Positions 38,274-48,600 are shown, counted from the first letter of the stretch. The stretch is 64,000 nt of DNA from Myxococcota bacterium (GCA_040386535.1 JAZKFH010000039.1:1-64000); one strand, 5' to 3'. Numbers and translations: made by a program. Notes: generated from the sequence alone by a model not told the origin.

Positions 38274-40103
38274 CTATTCCTGCATTCCTGATTCTCCGGT
38301 CCGGCCCCCGACCGACGCCGTCGGCGCGCCGCCCGGTACGCTCGCCCACACGTCGTGGAAGTTGTAGAACTGCGTGGGGTAGCGCCGCACCATGGCGCCC
38401 ACGCGGTCGGCGTAGACCTGTGCCCATTCGCGCACCTGCTCGTCGCGCGGGCGCTTGCGGTCGAACACGCAGCTCATCGGCTCGGTGGCGATGACGCGGT
38501 AGGCGCCCGGGCCCTCCTGGAACGCGCCCACGACGATGACCGGCACACGCGCGAGCGCCGCCACGAGCCAGGGGCCCGCGGGGAAGCGGCACGGGGCGCC
38601 CAGGAACTCGACGGTGACGGTGCGATCGTCGATCAGGCGGTCGCCCATCATGGCGACCACGGCCCCCTCGCGGAGCGCGCGGACGACCGTGAGCGTCGAG
38701 AAGCCCTCCGCCGAGTTGACGGGGATGACGTGGGGGCGCCACGCCTCCGGCATGCCCGCGACGACGGCGCGGCCGTGATCGCCGGGGGCCTCGAAGCGCA
38801 ACACGTGGAGCTTCTTCATGCGCGAGGCGTTGGCGCCGCTGCCCGCGGAGACCTCGATGTTGCCGACGTGTGCGCCGAGCAGGATGGCGCCCCGCGGCTC
38901 GCCGAACGCGCCGATGAGGTGCTCCTGGCCCTCGCGTGCGTACTGGAACGCCGCAGGGCCCTGGCCCGCGAAGGTGAGGCGGTCGAGCAACGCGTGGGCG
39001 AAGCTGCGGAACACCACGAAGCTCGCCGCGAAGGACGAGCGGCCGGGCAACATCCGCGCGCGGTAGCTCTCGAGGCCCCGCCGCGCGCTGGGCGCGAACG
39101 CGACGTACCAGGCCGCCAGGAACGTGCCGAGGCCGTACCCGAGGCGCCGCCCGAACACGCGTTGGATCAGGAGGACGAGGCGCCACCCGCCGCTCGTGCC
39201 GCGCGACCGCCCGTTCCAGGACTCGGCGGTGCGGATGCGGAGCCACCACCGGGGCGGCCACAGGATCCGCTCCACCACGAGCAGCGCGTTCATCCAGGAG
39301 ATGCGCGCGTTGTCGAGGAAGGGCCGGAAGCTGGTGACGCGCTCCTCCTTCGGCGGGTAGAACACGAAGCAGGGGATGTCGCGCACCGGAACGCCGGTCC
39401 AGAGGGCGCGGGTGAGCACCTCGACCTCGAGCTCGTAGCGCCCGCCGCCCATGGCGAGCGCGAGCACCGGCGCGATGGGGTAGGCGCGGAAGCCGCACTG
39501 GCTGTCGCCCACGCGCCAGCCGGTCTCCACCCAGATCCAGAAGTTCGAGAACTTGCGGCCGAAGCGGCTGATCTCGGGCGCGGTCGACAAGTCGCGAACG
39601 CCCGCGAAGATGGCGACGGGCTCCTTGTCGATGGCGTCCGCGAACGCGGGGATGTCGGCGGGATCGTGCTGCCCGTCGGCGTCCAGGCAGATGACGTGGG
39701 TGTGGCCGAGGCGCGCGGCCGCCCGCATCCCCGTGAGCAGCGCGGCGCCCTTGCCCTGGTTCTTGGGGTGGGTGATCACCTCGGCGCCGGCCTTGCGCGC
39801 GGCGTCCCCGGAGCCGTCGGTGCTGCCGTCGTCCACCACGAACACGGGGAGCCCGTGCTCACGCGCGCGCGTCACGATGTCGGCGAGGGTGCCGACGTTG
39901 TCCTTGGTGGGGATGAGGACGGCGGGCCGCGGCGGGATGGGGAAGGGGGCGGGCTCGGCGCGGCGGCGCCCGGCGAGCACGTAGAGGATCGCGCCGGCGG
40001 CCGCGAGCACCACGGGGAGGGCCGCGCCGTCCACGCCGCGGACCACGTCGAGGCCGACGACCGCGGCGAGGAGCCCGAGCACGACGAGATCATCGAGGCG
40101 CAT
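38274..40103 (-). CDS. GT2 glycosyltransferase-LpxL-type acyltransferase fusion (ApeJ-like)
   Basis: VVDDGSTD, NQGKGAAL, DADGQH, DSQCGFRAYP; then AHVGNIE, MGDR, YPTQFYNFHDVW. Confidence 0.88.
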   Translation of the reverse strand: MRLDDLVVLGLLAAVVGLDVVRGVDGAALPVVLAAAGAILYVLAGRRRAEPAPFPIPPRPAVLIPTKDNVGTLADIVTRAREHGLPVFVVDDGSTDGSGDAARKAGAEVITHPKNQGKGAALLTGMRAAARLGHTHVICLDADGQHDPADIPAFADAIDKEPVAIFAGVRDLSTAPEISRFGRKFSNFWIWVETGWRVGDSQCGFRAYPIAPVLALAMGGGRYELEVEVLTRALWTGVPVRDIPCFVFYPPKEERVTSFRPFLDNARISWMNALLVVERILWPPRWWLRIRTAESWNGRSRGTSGGWRLVLLIQRVFGRRLGYGLGTFLAAWYVAFAPSARRGLESYRARMLPGRSSFAASFVVFRSFAHALLDRLTFAGQGPAAFQYAREGQEHLIGAFGEPRGAILLGAHVGNIEVSAGSGANASRMKKLHVLRFEAPGDHGRAVVAGMPEAWRPHVIPVNSAEGFSTLTVVRALREGAVVAMMGDRLIDDRTVTVEFLGAPCRFPAGPWLVAALARVPVIVVGAFQEGPGAYRVIATEPMSCVFDRKRPRDEQVREWAQVYADRVGAMVRRYPTQFYNFHDVWASVPGGAPTASVGGRTGESGMQE

Positions 40104-40602
40104 CGGGCTCCGAGAGGATGAGCGTGAGCGTGTAGCCGCGCCGCTTGTCGGTGAGGGTCACCCGGTCGCCGTCCCGCACCGCGGTCGCGCCGCCGCCCTT
40201 GCCGCACCAGCGCCGTGTCCACCCCGTCTCCGTGGGCGTGGCGCGGAGGGTGCCGCCGGGCGCGCGGCAGGCTCCCCCGGCGGCCGTGGGCGTGAACGCG
40301 AGGCGAAGGTCCCGCTCGACGGGCAGCTTCTCCAGCCAGGGCCGCCACGCTTCGAGGCCAGTGGCGACGGTGGCCGGCGGCCCGCTGATCGTGAAGAGCT
40401 CGAAACCCGCGGGGGCGAGGAGGCTGAGCGACCACGTGGTGTCGTCGATCGCGGCGATGCCGAGCCCACCGACCTGGCGGCCATGCGTCGTGAGCCCGAC
40501 CTGCACGGCGGACGCGGGGGCCGTGGGCGGCGCGCAGTCGGGCGCGCGCGCGGCGGCCAGCGGAACTACGAGCGCGACGACAAGCGCGAGGAGCGCGATC
40601 AT
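40090..40602 (-). CDS. DUF3261-like exported protein (ApeN-like)
   Basis: LSLLAPAGFELFTI, RDLRLAF, terminal RGYTLTL; position next to the MMPL gene. Confidence 0.6.
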   Translation of the reverse strand: MIALLALVVALVVPLAAARAPDCAPPTAPASAVQVGLTTHGRQVGGLGIAAIDDTTWSLSLLAPAGFELFTISGPPATVATGLEAWRPWLEKLPVERDLRLAFTPTAAGGACRAPGGTLRATPTETGWTRRWCGKGGGATAVRDGDRVTLTDKRRGYTLTLILSEPDAPR

Positions 40603-43600
40603 GGGGCGGCCTCCGCGGCGAGCGCACGGATGGCCTCGGCCTTGCGCAAATCCTTCGCACGGGCGGGCGGGGTGGCGACCGCCTGGTCGACGAGGGTGCG
40701 GGCCTCGGGCCCCTGGTCGAGCGCCACGAGCACCTCCGCGAGGGCGAGCAGGGTCTCCGGGGCCCCGGGCGCGAGCCGGAGAGACTGGCGAAGGAGCGGC
40801 TCGGCGGCGGCAGGGGAGAGGTGGCCGGCGCGCTCGCGGAGGCGGCGGGCCTCGTGCACGCGGTAGCTCACCTCGGGCACGTCCGGCCCCGCGACCCGCT
40901 CGCCGTCGAGGTTTCCGGCGAGCACGTCGTCCAGCGCGAAGCGCACGAAGCCGCCCGAGAGGTTGGGCGCCATCGACACGGTGATGGTGCGCGCGGTCGC
41001 GTCGATGACCACGCCGTGCGAGGCCACGTCCGCGTTGATGGCGCTCTCATGCCCCGCGGGGAGCGCGGCGCCGCCCACCCCGCCGCGGTCCCGCAGGATG
41101 GCGAGGGCGCGATCGAGGTCGATGGGGCCGAGCTCCGGGGCGATGAGCGCCTCTATGCGTGCGAGGCGGGCCACGGTGGTGCCCTCGGCCATGCGCTGCT
41201 GGTTCGCGATGTCGTCCGCGAGCGACGCGGAGCGGAAGTGGTTGGCGAGCGCGATCGCGTCCCCGGCGGGCAGCACCTGCACCTCCTCCGGCGTGACCTC
41301 GAACACCGCGCCCTCGCCACGCTTGCCGTCGACGATGAGGAGCCCCTCGGACACGAACCCGCGCCGCGCGTCGAGGATGGCGCGCGCCTCGTCCAGGCTC
41401 CGCGCCTGCTCCAGGATCTCGCGCACGATGAAGATCATCGGCGCGCCCGCCTTGATCGGCGCGTCGGAAGCGCCCGCGAGCACGGCGACCGCGATGCCCT
41501 CGGCGTTGACGCCGGACACCACGCCGGAGAGGCCCACGATCGCGACGTGCAGGAAGGGGATCGCGCCGTCCCGCTTCACGAGGACGACCGACTTGTCCTC
41601 GTCGAACAGACGCCCGCCGTCGAAGTCCCAGTTGCGGCCGATGATCCAGTGGCCGTCCGCCGTGCGCGCGCCGCCCGCGAGAAACCCGGTGCAGCCGAGC
41701 AGCGGGCTGTCCACCATGGCCTGCCCCACGTCGTGGATCGCGTGGTAGCAGAGCTTGCGCGTGTACTCGGGGGCCACCCAGCCCATGTGGTCCTCGCCCG
41801 TGTCGGTGTAGCCCCGGAGCTCTTCGAGGTAGGCCATGGGCGTCGACGCGGACATCGTGTCCGCCAAGAGCGGCACCCCGCGGACGAGCGCGTACCGCAT
41901 CAGCGGGTTGGTGACGTTGGCGTAGAACTCCTCCACGATGGAGGCCTCGTTGCGCGCGCGCAGGTCGCCGGCGAGCAGCCCCGTCGCGTAGCCGATCTCG
42001 TAGGGGGTGCCCTCGGCGCGCGCCACCCAGACACCGTGGCTGCGGGTCAGGCGGTTGGGGCCGTACCGGCGGTCGGTCGGGGAGCGGACATCGAGCTGGT
42101 ACGTGCGGAAGCTCGTCGGGGCCGGCGGGGGCACGACCCGGCCGCGCAGCGCGAGCAGGGCGTCGAGCGAGAGGGCCACGGCGAGGACGAACACGGCGCG
42201 GCGCGAGAGGCGGCGGGTGAATTCGCGGCCCTCGTCGGTGAGCACGGCGGGCACGATGAGGAAGGCGGCGCCGAACGTGAAGGTGATGCCGAGCGACATC
42301 GCCACGCCGACGCCGAACACGGCCGGGTGAGTCGCGACGGTCAGGCCGACGAAGCCGCCGAGCGCGGTGCACAACGCGACGAGGATCGCGGCGCGGCTGG
42401 CGAGCCACGCGCGCTTGCCGCTGTCATCGGGGCTCACCTGGTCGGCCTCGACCAGGAACACGCCCTGGTCGAACGCGAGGCCGAGCACGAGCACGAGCGC
42501 GGGGCCGCTCACCGGCGTGAGCGCAAAATCGGTGAGGGCGAGCACGCCGAGGGTGCCCGCGGCGGCGGCGACGGAGGGCAGCGCCGCGGCGACGAACTTC
42601 GGCACGTCGCGGTAGCGGATCGCCATGAACACGAGCACCGCGAGGAGCCCGAGCCCGGAGCGGGTGAGCAGCTCGCCGCGGATGCGCTCGGCGCCGTCCT
42701 TCGCGATGGCGGAGGGGAACACGAAGCGGGCCTCGCCGCCGGCGAGCTCGACCTCGCGGCGGGCGTACTCCAGCGCGCCGGTGGTCACGGCGTTGACGAT
42801 CGCGGCGACGGCGGCGCCATCGGGCCCGATGCGCACGGTGCGGTCGACCAGATCGGCGCCCGGCGTGCCTGCCCAGGTCGCGACGGTGGGCGTGGTGGAG
42901 GCGGCGAGCGTGGCGCGGAAGCCGGGGAGCAGGGCGTCGCCCGAGAAGCCGACCGCGTCGGCCGCGGCGAGGAACCGGGCCTCGAGCGCGGCAGGGTCGG
43001 CGAGGAGCGCGGCGCGCGCGGTCCGCTCGGAGGGGGCCGGGAGGTAGGGGAGGGGGCTCTTGACCGTCACACCGGGCGTGTTCGCGAGGCCGGCCACCGC
43101 GCGCGCGAGCTGGTCGAGCGCGGCGTCGAGCGTGGGGGCCTCGGCCACGATGAGCGCGGTGGTGCCGCTACCGCCGTACCGGGACTCGAAGGTGCGCTCG
43201 ATGGCGGCGGTCTCGGGGAGCCGGGCGTCCATCGCGCGCGGATCGCCGTCGAAATGCACGCCGAGGCCCGCGAACCCGAGCACGCCCACGCCCACCACGA
43301 GCATCGCGGCGAACGCGCCGGGGATCCGCGTCGGGAGCGGGAGGTTGGGCACGCGGTCCCCCGGGCGGGCCACGAGCGCGAACATCGTCGGCCCGCCGAG
43401 CACCACGGAGAGGAGCGCGCCGGACGCGGTGCCGATGCCGATCCACGCGAGGTCGGCCACGGCCTGGTAGCTGCTCGTCGCGAGCATGAGGAACGCGGTG
43501 AGGGTGGCGGCCACCGACATCGCGTAGGCGGGGAGCAGGTGGTGGAGGGCCCGCAGGCCGGTCTCGAAGCGCTCCTTGGCCGTGGCGGGCACGCCGTCGC

Positions 43601-44561
43601 GGATGCCCGTCAGGTACAGGTGGATCCAGTAGTCGACGCCCAGGCCCGCGAGCGCACCGCCGAACGCGAGCGCCATGCCGTGGATGGGCGAGCGCAGGGC
43701 CGCCGCCGCCGCCGCCGCCGCGCCGCCCACGATCAGCGCGGGGAGCGCGCCGAGGAGGGGGCGGACGGAGCGGAACGCGACGAGGAAGGTGAGCCCGACG
43801 AGCAGGAGCCCGGCCGTGACGGCGCGGTTGACCTCACGCGTGATCTGGTCGGCGGCCTCGGCGGCGAAGCGGTGGGAGCCGAGCCAGGTCGCGGGCAGGG
43901 CGCTCGCGGCGAGGTCCTCCTGCAGGTGCGTGATGATCGGGCTGTCGAGGGTCGTGCCGAGCGCGGGCGTGTTGGCGCGGGCCAGGATCAGCGCGTGGTG
44001 GCTGTCGTCCGCGACGAGGTGGCCGTCGCGGAGCGAGACGCCACCGAGCGCGCCGACGCCCATGACCGCGTCGGTGAAGGCGCCGCCGAAGTCGAGGGGA
44101 TCCGTCTCCAAACCGCGCGACATCATCGCGCCGGCGGGCGACAACATCCGATCACGGGCGCGCGAGAGGGCGCTGGTCATGCCCTCGGGCGTGAGCCGCG
44201 CGGCGAAGCCGGCCGTGTCCCCGAGCAGCGCCAGCGAGGGGGCCGCCGCCGTGCGGAGCGCGATGCCGTCGGCCATGCCGAAGCGGTAGCGTACGGACGC
44301 AAAATCACCGCGGGCGGCGAGCTTCGCGCCCAACGCGTCCACCGCGTCGTGGAGCACCTGCTCGGACACGCCCGTGCCGTCGACCTCGATGACGATGCTG
44401 TCGAGCAACGAGAAGCGGGAGATGTCGGCGAACGCGCGCCCGGCCTCGCCCTCCTTCGGCAGGGCCTCCGCGAGATCGGCCGACACGCGCACGCGCGTGG
44501 CAACCCCGCCGAGGACGGCCGTGACGAGCGCGAGGAGAGCGATGCGGGTGCGGGCGGTCAT
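40599..44561 (-). CDS. MMPL/RND-family transporter fused to a C45 Ntn-hydrolase/acyltransferase and a TPR-like tail
   Basis: Two TM bundles (GLGVDYWIH; GLAFDQGVF), then LGCTGF...IIGRNWDF, SGVNAEGIAV, ANHF; single 1320-aa ORF. Confidence 0.85.
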   Translation of the reverse strand: MTARTRIALLALVTAVLGGVATRVRVSADLAEALPKEGEAGRAFADISRFSLLDSIVIEVDGTGVSEQVLHDAVDALGAKLAARGDFASVRYRFGMADGIALRTAAAPSLALLGDTAGFAARLTPEGMTSALSRARDRMLSPAGAMMSRGLETDPLDFGGAFTDAVMGVGALGGVSLRDGHLVADDSHHALILARANTPALGTTLDSPIITHLQEDLAASALPATWLGSHRFAAEAADQITREVNRAVTAGLLLVGLTFLVAFRSVRPLLGALPALIVGGAAAAAAAALRSPIHGMALAFGGALAGLGVDYWIHLYLTGIRDGVPATAKERFETGLRALHHLLPAYAMSVAATLTAFLMLATSSYQAVADLAWIGIGTASGALLSVVLGGPTMFALVARPGDRVPNLPLPTRIPGAFAAMLVVGVGVLGFAGLGVHFDGDPRAMDARLPETAAIERTFESRYGGSGTTALIVAEAPTLDAALDQLARAVAGLANTPGVTVKSPLPYLPAPSERTARAALLADPAALEARFLAAADAVGFSGDALLPGFRATLAASTTPTVATWAGTPGADLVDRTVRIGPDGAAVAAIVNAVTTGALEYARREVELAGGEARFVFPSAIAKDGAERIRGELLTRSGLGLLAVLVFMAIRYRDVPKFVAAALPSVAAAAGTLGVLALTDFALTPVSGPALVLVLGLAFDQGVFLVEADQVSPDDSGKRAWLASRAAILVALCTALGGFVGLTVATHPAVFGVGVAMSLGITFTFGAAFLIVPAVLTDEGREFTRRLSRRAVFVLAVALSLDALLALRGRVVPPPAPTSFRTYQLDVRSPTDRRYGPNRLTRSHGVWVARAEGTPYEIGYATGLLAGDLRARNEASIVEEFYANVTNPLMRYALVRGVPLLADTMSASTPMAYLEELRGYTDTGEDHMGWVAPEYTRKLCYHAIHDVGQAMVDSPLLGCTGFLAGGARTADGHWIIGRNWDFDGGRLFDEDKSVVLVKRDGAIPFLHVAIVGLSGVVSGVNAEGIAVAVLAGASDAPIKAGAPMIFIVREILEQARSLDEARAILDARRGFVSEGLLIVDGKRGEGAVFEVTPEEVQVLPAGDAIALANHFRSASLADDIANQQRMAEGTTVARLARIEALIAPELGPIDLDRALAILRDRGGVGGAALPAGHESAINADVASHGVVIDATARTITVSMAPNLSGGFVRFALDDVLAGNLDGERVAGPDVPEVSYRVHEARRLRERAGHLSPAAAEPLLRQSLRLAPGAPETLLALAEVLVALDQGPEARTLVDQAVATPPARAKDLRKAEAIRALAAEAAP

Positions 44562-44588
44562 GCGGCGGTCGGTGGCTCGGGGGGGCTT

Positions 44589-45209
44589 CTACCGCACCGG
44601 CGCGGGCGACGTCGGGTCGGCGACCGCGACGCCGTCCAGCTTGACCGCATGGAACACGATGTTGACGCGGTCCCCGTCGGGCTCGACGAGATCGACCGCG
44701 CGCACGCGCCACGGGCCCGGCACGAACGTGATGTCGATCGAGGCGAGGAGGCCGCGCAACGTCGGGTCCTTCGGCACGAGCACCGCGCTGGTCGCGCCGT
44801 AGGTCGTGTCGAACTCCCGCGCCACCGCGACCGCGTCGGCTTGCATCCACACCAGCAGGCTGCTCGCGAGCCGGCTCGCGTCGGGCACCTGGGCGAGATC
44901 GAAGGACTCCTTCATGCCGAGGTCCGGGTACTCCATGCGCGCCACGGAGCCGACGAGCGAGAAGGTCGACCGGCCGGGCTCGTTGACCTGCCAGGTCAGG
45001 GCGGAGCCGGTCACGCCAGCGGGCGCGCGCTCGAAGCGCACGTCTCCCCGGCTCTTCAGCGGCTGCTTCAGCACCGTGCGGGTCTGCGTCTGGTCGAAGC
45101 TCGCCTCGAGGCGCTGCACGCGCGCGAGCTCTGCCCACACGGTCGCGTCGATCGCGAAGCTCGTACCGGGCAGCAGCCCGAGCACGATCGCCGCGAGCCC
45201 CGCGCACAT
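44589..45209 (-). CDS. LolA-family lipid/lipoprotein carrier (ApeL-like)
   Basis: ASFDQ...LKQPLKSRG.V.F, LTWQ..EP, EPDGDRVNIVF; alternative GTG start at 45185. Confidence 0.8.
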   Translation of the reverse strand: MCAGLAAIVLGLLPGTSFAIDATVWAELARVQRLEASFDQTQTRTVLKQPLKSRGDVRFERAPAGVTGSALTWQVNEPGRSTFSLVGSVARMEYPDLGMKESFDLAQVPDASRLASSLLVWMQADAVAVAREFDTTYGATSAVLVPKDPTLRGLLASIDITFVPGPWRVRAVDLVEPDGDRVNIVFHAVKLDGVAVADPTSPAPVR

Positions 45210-45225
45210 GCTAAGGCGCCCACGG

Positions 45226-46632
45226 ATGTCAACCCTCGCGCGCGCGGCACTCCGGTGCATCGGGTCACTGAACCTCGTCGTCTTCGGCGTCTTCACCCTG
45301 CTCACCCTCCTCGTCGCGGTGCCGCTCCAGGTGCTGGCCTCGCCGTGGGATCCCGACCGTCGCGTCTCGGCGCGCGCCGCCCGCGCGGTCTGGGGCATCG
45401 GGATGATCCGCGCCCAGCCGTTCTGGCGGCTGACTATCACGGGTGTCGAGACCATGGGCCCGGGCCCCTGGATCGTGATTGCCAACCACCAGTCCATGCT
45501 CGACATTCCCCTCCTGATGCAACTTCCCGTGCCCGTGCGCGTCGTGGCCCGTCCCGGCGTGTTCCGGATGCCGGTGTTCGGACAGATGGCGCGCTTCGGA
45601 AAGCACGTGCGGCTCGACGCCGAGAGCGTGGAGGAGGGGCTCGCCCAGTGCCACCACCTGCTCGCGCAAGGCATCAGCATCGTCCTGTTCCCCGAGGGGC
45701 AACGGGGCGACGGCGCCACGCTCGGCGCCTTCCACCGCGGCGCGTTCGAGCTCGCGCTCCGGACGAACACGCCCATCCTCCCCGTCGCGATCTCGGGCAC
45801 CGCGCTCGCCCTCCCGAAGGGCAGCGCCTGGGCAAAGGTGCACATCGCGCGGTTCCACCTCCAGGTCCTCGCGCCGCTCCAGCTCGACGGAAAGAGCCGC
45901 CGTCGCCTCGCGGCCGACGCGCACACGCGCCTCGCTTCGGCGCTCGCGGGCCCGCGCCCCTGGTCGCTCGCCCGCGCCGTGGCCGAGCGCTACCGCGCGG
46001 CGGGCCGCTTCCGCATGGGGTTCGCGGCGGGCAAGGTGAGCTTCGATCCCATCTTCTGGCACCTCTGGGAGCGCCTGCCGCGCGACGGGCGCTTGCTCGA
46101 CGTGGGCGCGGGGGAGGGCCTGCTCGGCGTGTTCCTGCGCGAGGCGGGCAGTCGGCTCGTGGTCCACGGCGTCGACATCGACGAGACGCGCATCGCCGCG
46201 GCGCGCACCGCCGCCGGCACCGATGCGGGCTTGATCTTCGAGGTGGCGGACGGCGAGGACGCGCCGTTCCCCCAGGCCGACGTGGTGACGTGTATCGACG
46301 TGCTCCACTACCTGACGCCCGATCGCCAGGATCGGCTCCTGGCGCGGCTCTGCGCGGCGGTGGCCCCCGGCGGCACCCTGTACCTGCGCGATCCGGAGAT
46401 CGGCCAGGGCTTCGCCTCGTGGTGGACCGCCACCACCGAGCGGGTGTTCGTCGCGCTCGGGCGCCACCAGGGCGGGGGCGTACACGTGCGCGGCGGCGTG
46501 GCGCTCGCGGCGGTGGTCGCGCGTCACCTCGCCGATGTGCACGTGACGCGCGCGGGCACCGGCCCCTTCGCCAACGCCCTCGTCGAAGCCCGCCGCCCGG
46601 ACGACGCCGTGTCGAGCGAGCGGATAGGGTAG
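45226..46632 (+). CDS. PlsC-type acyltransferase-class I SAM methyltransferase fusion
   Basis: ANHQSMLD, FPEGQR, PVAISG; then LLDVGAGEG, GVDID, IDVLHYL. Confidence 0.85.
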   Translation: MSTLARAALRCIGSLNLVVFGVFTLLTLLVAVPLQVLASPWDPDRRVSARAARAVWGIGMIRAQPFWRLTITGVETMGPGPWIVIANHQSMLDIPLLMQLPVPVRVVARPGVFRMPVFGQMARFGKHVRLDAESVEEGLAQCHHLLAQGISIVLFPEGQRGDGATLGAFHRGAFELALRTNTPILPVAISGTALALPKGSAWAKVHIARFHLQVLAPLQLDGKSRRRLAADAHTRLASALAGPRPWSLARAVAERYRAAGRFRMGFAAGKVSFDPIFWHLWERLPRDGRLLDVGAGEGLLGVFLREAGSRLVVHGVDIDETRIAAARTAAGTDAGLIFEVADGEDAPFPQADVVTCIDVLHYLTPDRQDRLLARLCAAVAPGGTLYLRDPEIGQGFASWWTATTERVFVALGRHQGGGVHVRGGVALAAVVARHLADVHVTRAGTGPFANALVEARRPDDAVSSERIG

Positions 46633-46642
46633 GCGCCCCTCG

Positions 46643-47779
46643 ATGGCTCTTACGACTCCGCTCCAGATCTCGCGCTTCGGCGCCCTCACCTCGCTCGGTG
46701 CCACCGAGGGTGGGTTCGCGGCATTGATCGCCGGGCGCGACGGCTTCGGGCCGGGGCCCGAGTGGGTGCCGCGCGAGCAGCCCGTCGCCTGTGTCCGCGC
46801 TCCGCTGGAGGATGGATCGCGCACGGTCGCGCTCGCGTTTGCCGCGCTCGCGGACCTCGACGTCGACCCGCGCGGGCTCGCGGTCATCTTCGCGACCACC
46901 ACCTCCGACATGCTCGGCGGCGAGGCCGCGATCGAGGCGTGGGTGAAGGGGGAGCAGCCCGCGCGCCCCGTCGACTACATGTGGAGCCACCTCGCGCATT
47001 GGCCCGCCGTCGCGGTCGCCCGCCGCCTCGGCGCCACGGGGCCGGCGCTCGTCGTCTCCACCGCGTGCACGAGCGGCACGGTCGCCATCGGCGTCGGCGC
47101 CGATCTCGTGCGGGCGGGCCGGTGTCGTCGCGCCCTCGTCATCGGCGCGGACGCGTTGTGCCGCACCACCGTCTCCGGCTTCCGCAGCCTCTCCGCCTAC
47201 AGCACCACCCGGTGCCGCCCGATGGACAAGGCGCGCGACGGCATGGCGATCGGCGAGGGCGCCGCGTGGCTCCTCCTCGAGCCGCGCACCGCGTCGCCGG
47301 CGGCTGGCGGGGCCCGGTTCTCCCTGATCGGCGTGCAGACCGCGTCGGACGCGTACCACCTCACCGCGCCCGATCCGGAGGGCTCCGGCGTGCTCCGCGC
47401 CATCGCCGGCGCGCTCGCTGGCGCTCCGGGGCTCGGCCCCGCGGACATCGACCACGTGAACGCCCACGCCACCGGCACGGACGCGAACGACGCCGCGGAG
47501 GCCGCCGCCATCTTTCGCGCCGCCCCCCGCGCCGCCATCTCCGCCACGAAGGGCGCGAGCGGCCACACGCTCGGGGCCGCGGGCCTGGTCGAGGCCGTGT
47601 GGCTCCTCCAGTCGATGGACGCGGGCGTGATCCCGCCCGTCGCCGGCCTCCAGGATCCCGTCGAGGGCGTGGACGTCTCGCCCACCGTGCGTAGCCGCGA
47701 GCAGACGGTGGGCGTGTCGATCAACCTCGCGTTCGGCGGCCACAACGCGGCTGTCGCCTTCCGCCGGGAGCCCTCGTGA
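46643..47779 (+). CDS. Beta-ketoacyl-ACP synthase (ApeO-like)
   Basis: VSTACTSG, NAHATGT, KGASGHTLGAAG, AFGGHN. Confidence 0.9.
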   Translation: MALTTPLQISRFGALTSLGATEGGFAALIAGRDGFGPGPEWVPREQPVACVRAPLEDGSRTVALAFAALADLDVDPRGLAVIFATTTSDMLGGEAAIEAWVKGEQPARPVDYMWSHLAHWPAVAVARRLGATGPALVVSTACTSGTVAIGVGADLVRAGRCRRALVIGADALCRTTVSGFRSLSAYSTTRCRPMDKARDGMAIGEGAAWLLLEPRTASPAAGGARFSLIGVQTASDAYHLTAPDPEGSGVLRAIAGALAGAPGLGPADIDHVNAHATGTDANDAAEAAAIFRAAPRAAISATKGASGHTLGAAGLVEAVWLLQSMDAGVIPPVAGLQDPVEGVDVSPTVRSREQTVGVSINLAFGGHNAAVAFRREPS

Positions 47780-48600
47780 GGGCGGTCATCGGCGGCGCGC
47801 GCACCTGGTCGCTCGGCGGGGCGGACGTCGATCCGGGCGCCCTCCCCGAGCTGCCGGAGGGCCGCTCCTTCCACGTCGCGCCCGATCCGCAGCGCCCCGA
47901 GTCCCTCGCCGCCGGGACCTGGCGCCGCATGAGCCGCGTCGCCCGCATCGCCGCCGCGTGCGCCGCCCCGCTCGTGGAGTCGCGCGCCGACCGGGACACC
48001 CTCGCGTTGTTCTGGGGCACCGGCATCGGCGAGTTCTCGAGCACCGCGAGCTTCCTTCGGACCCACTTCACCAAGGGCGCCGCCGGCGCGAGCCCGCTGT
48101 TCTTCCAGAACGCCGTCCACAACGCGGCTGCCGGGCATCTCTCCATCGCGTTCGGCCTGCGTGGCCCCTCCGAGACGCTCTGTGCGGGCCCGATGACCTC
48201 CATCCGGACGCTCGAGCGCGCGCTGGTGTGGGTGTCCCTCTACGAGCGGCCCGCCCTCGTGCTGGTGGCGGACGATCTCGGGCCCGACGTGCAGCAGGGC
48301 TATGTGTTCGCGGGGGCCGACGCGCCGATGGGGGAGGGGGGCGCGGCGCTCCTGCTGCTGCCCGACGGAGACGGTCCGGAGCTCAGCTGGGAGGACGCGC
48401 CGCCCGCCGCCGGCGACTGGCACCGTCGCTTCGCGTATCCGTTGGAAGCGCCGCTCTCCCCCCCTTCGGGCCCCGCCCACGACACCCGCCTGGGCCTGTT
48501 CCCCGCGGTCGACCTCGTGGCGCTCGCCGCGTGCGTCCGGACCGGCGGCACGGTCGCGTGGGGCGGCGACGCGCCCGTGCGCCTCGTGGTCCGCGCGTGA
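47776..48600 (+). CDS. Ketosynthase chain-length factor (ApeC-like)
   Basis: RRMSRVAR, SPLFFQNAVHNAAAGHLSI; lacks the catalytic His motifs; GTGA overlap with the KS. Confidence 0.82.
   Translation: MRAVIGGARTWSLGGADVDPGALPELPEGRSFHVAPDPQRPESLAAGTWRRMSRVARIAAACAAPLVESRADRDTLALFWGTGIGEFSSTASFLRTHFTKGAAGASPLFFQNAVHNAAAGHLSIAFGLRGPSETLCAGPMTSIRTLERALVWVSLYERPALVLVADDLGPDVQQGYVFAGADAPMGEGGAALLLLPDGDGPELSWEDAPPAAGDWHRRFAYPLEAPLSPPSGPAHDTRLGLFPAVDLVALAACVRTGGTVAWGGDAPVRLVVRA

Noticed and set aside
38274..40103. GT2-acyltransferase fusion as a novelty
   Set aside because: This fusion is already known from aryl-polyene clusters (ApeJ-type); kept as a feature only.
40821..46727. 1968-aa + strand ORF and other long antisense ORFs (e.g. 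4736-8092, 48920-51589, 19103-21292)
   Set aside because: Shadow frames of real genes in high-GC DNA; R/G/A/P-rich with no motifs.
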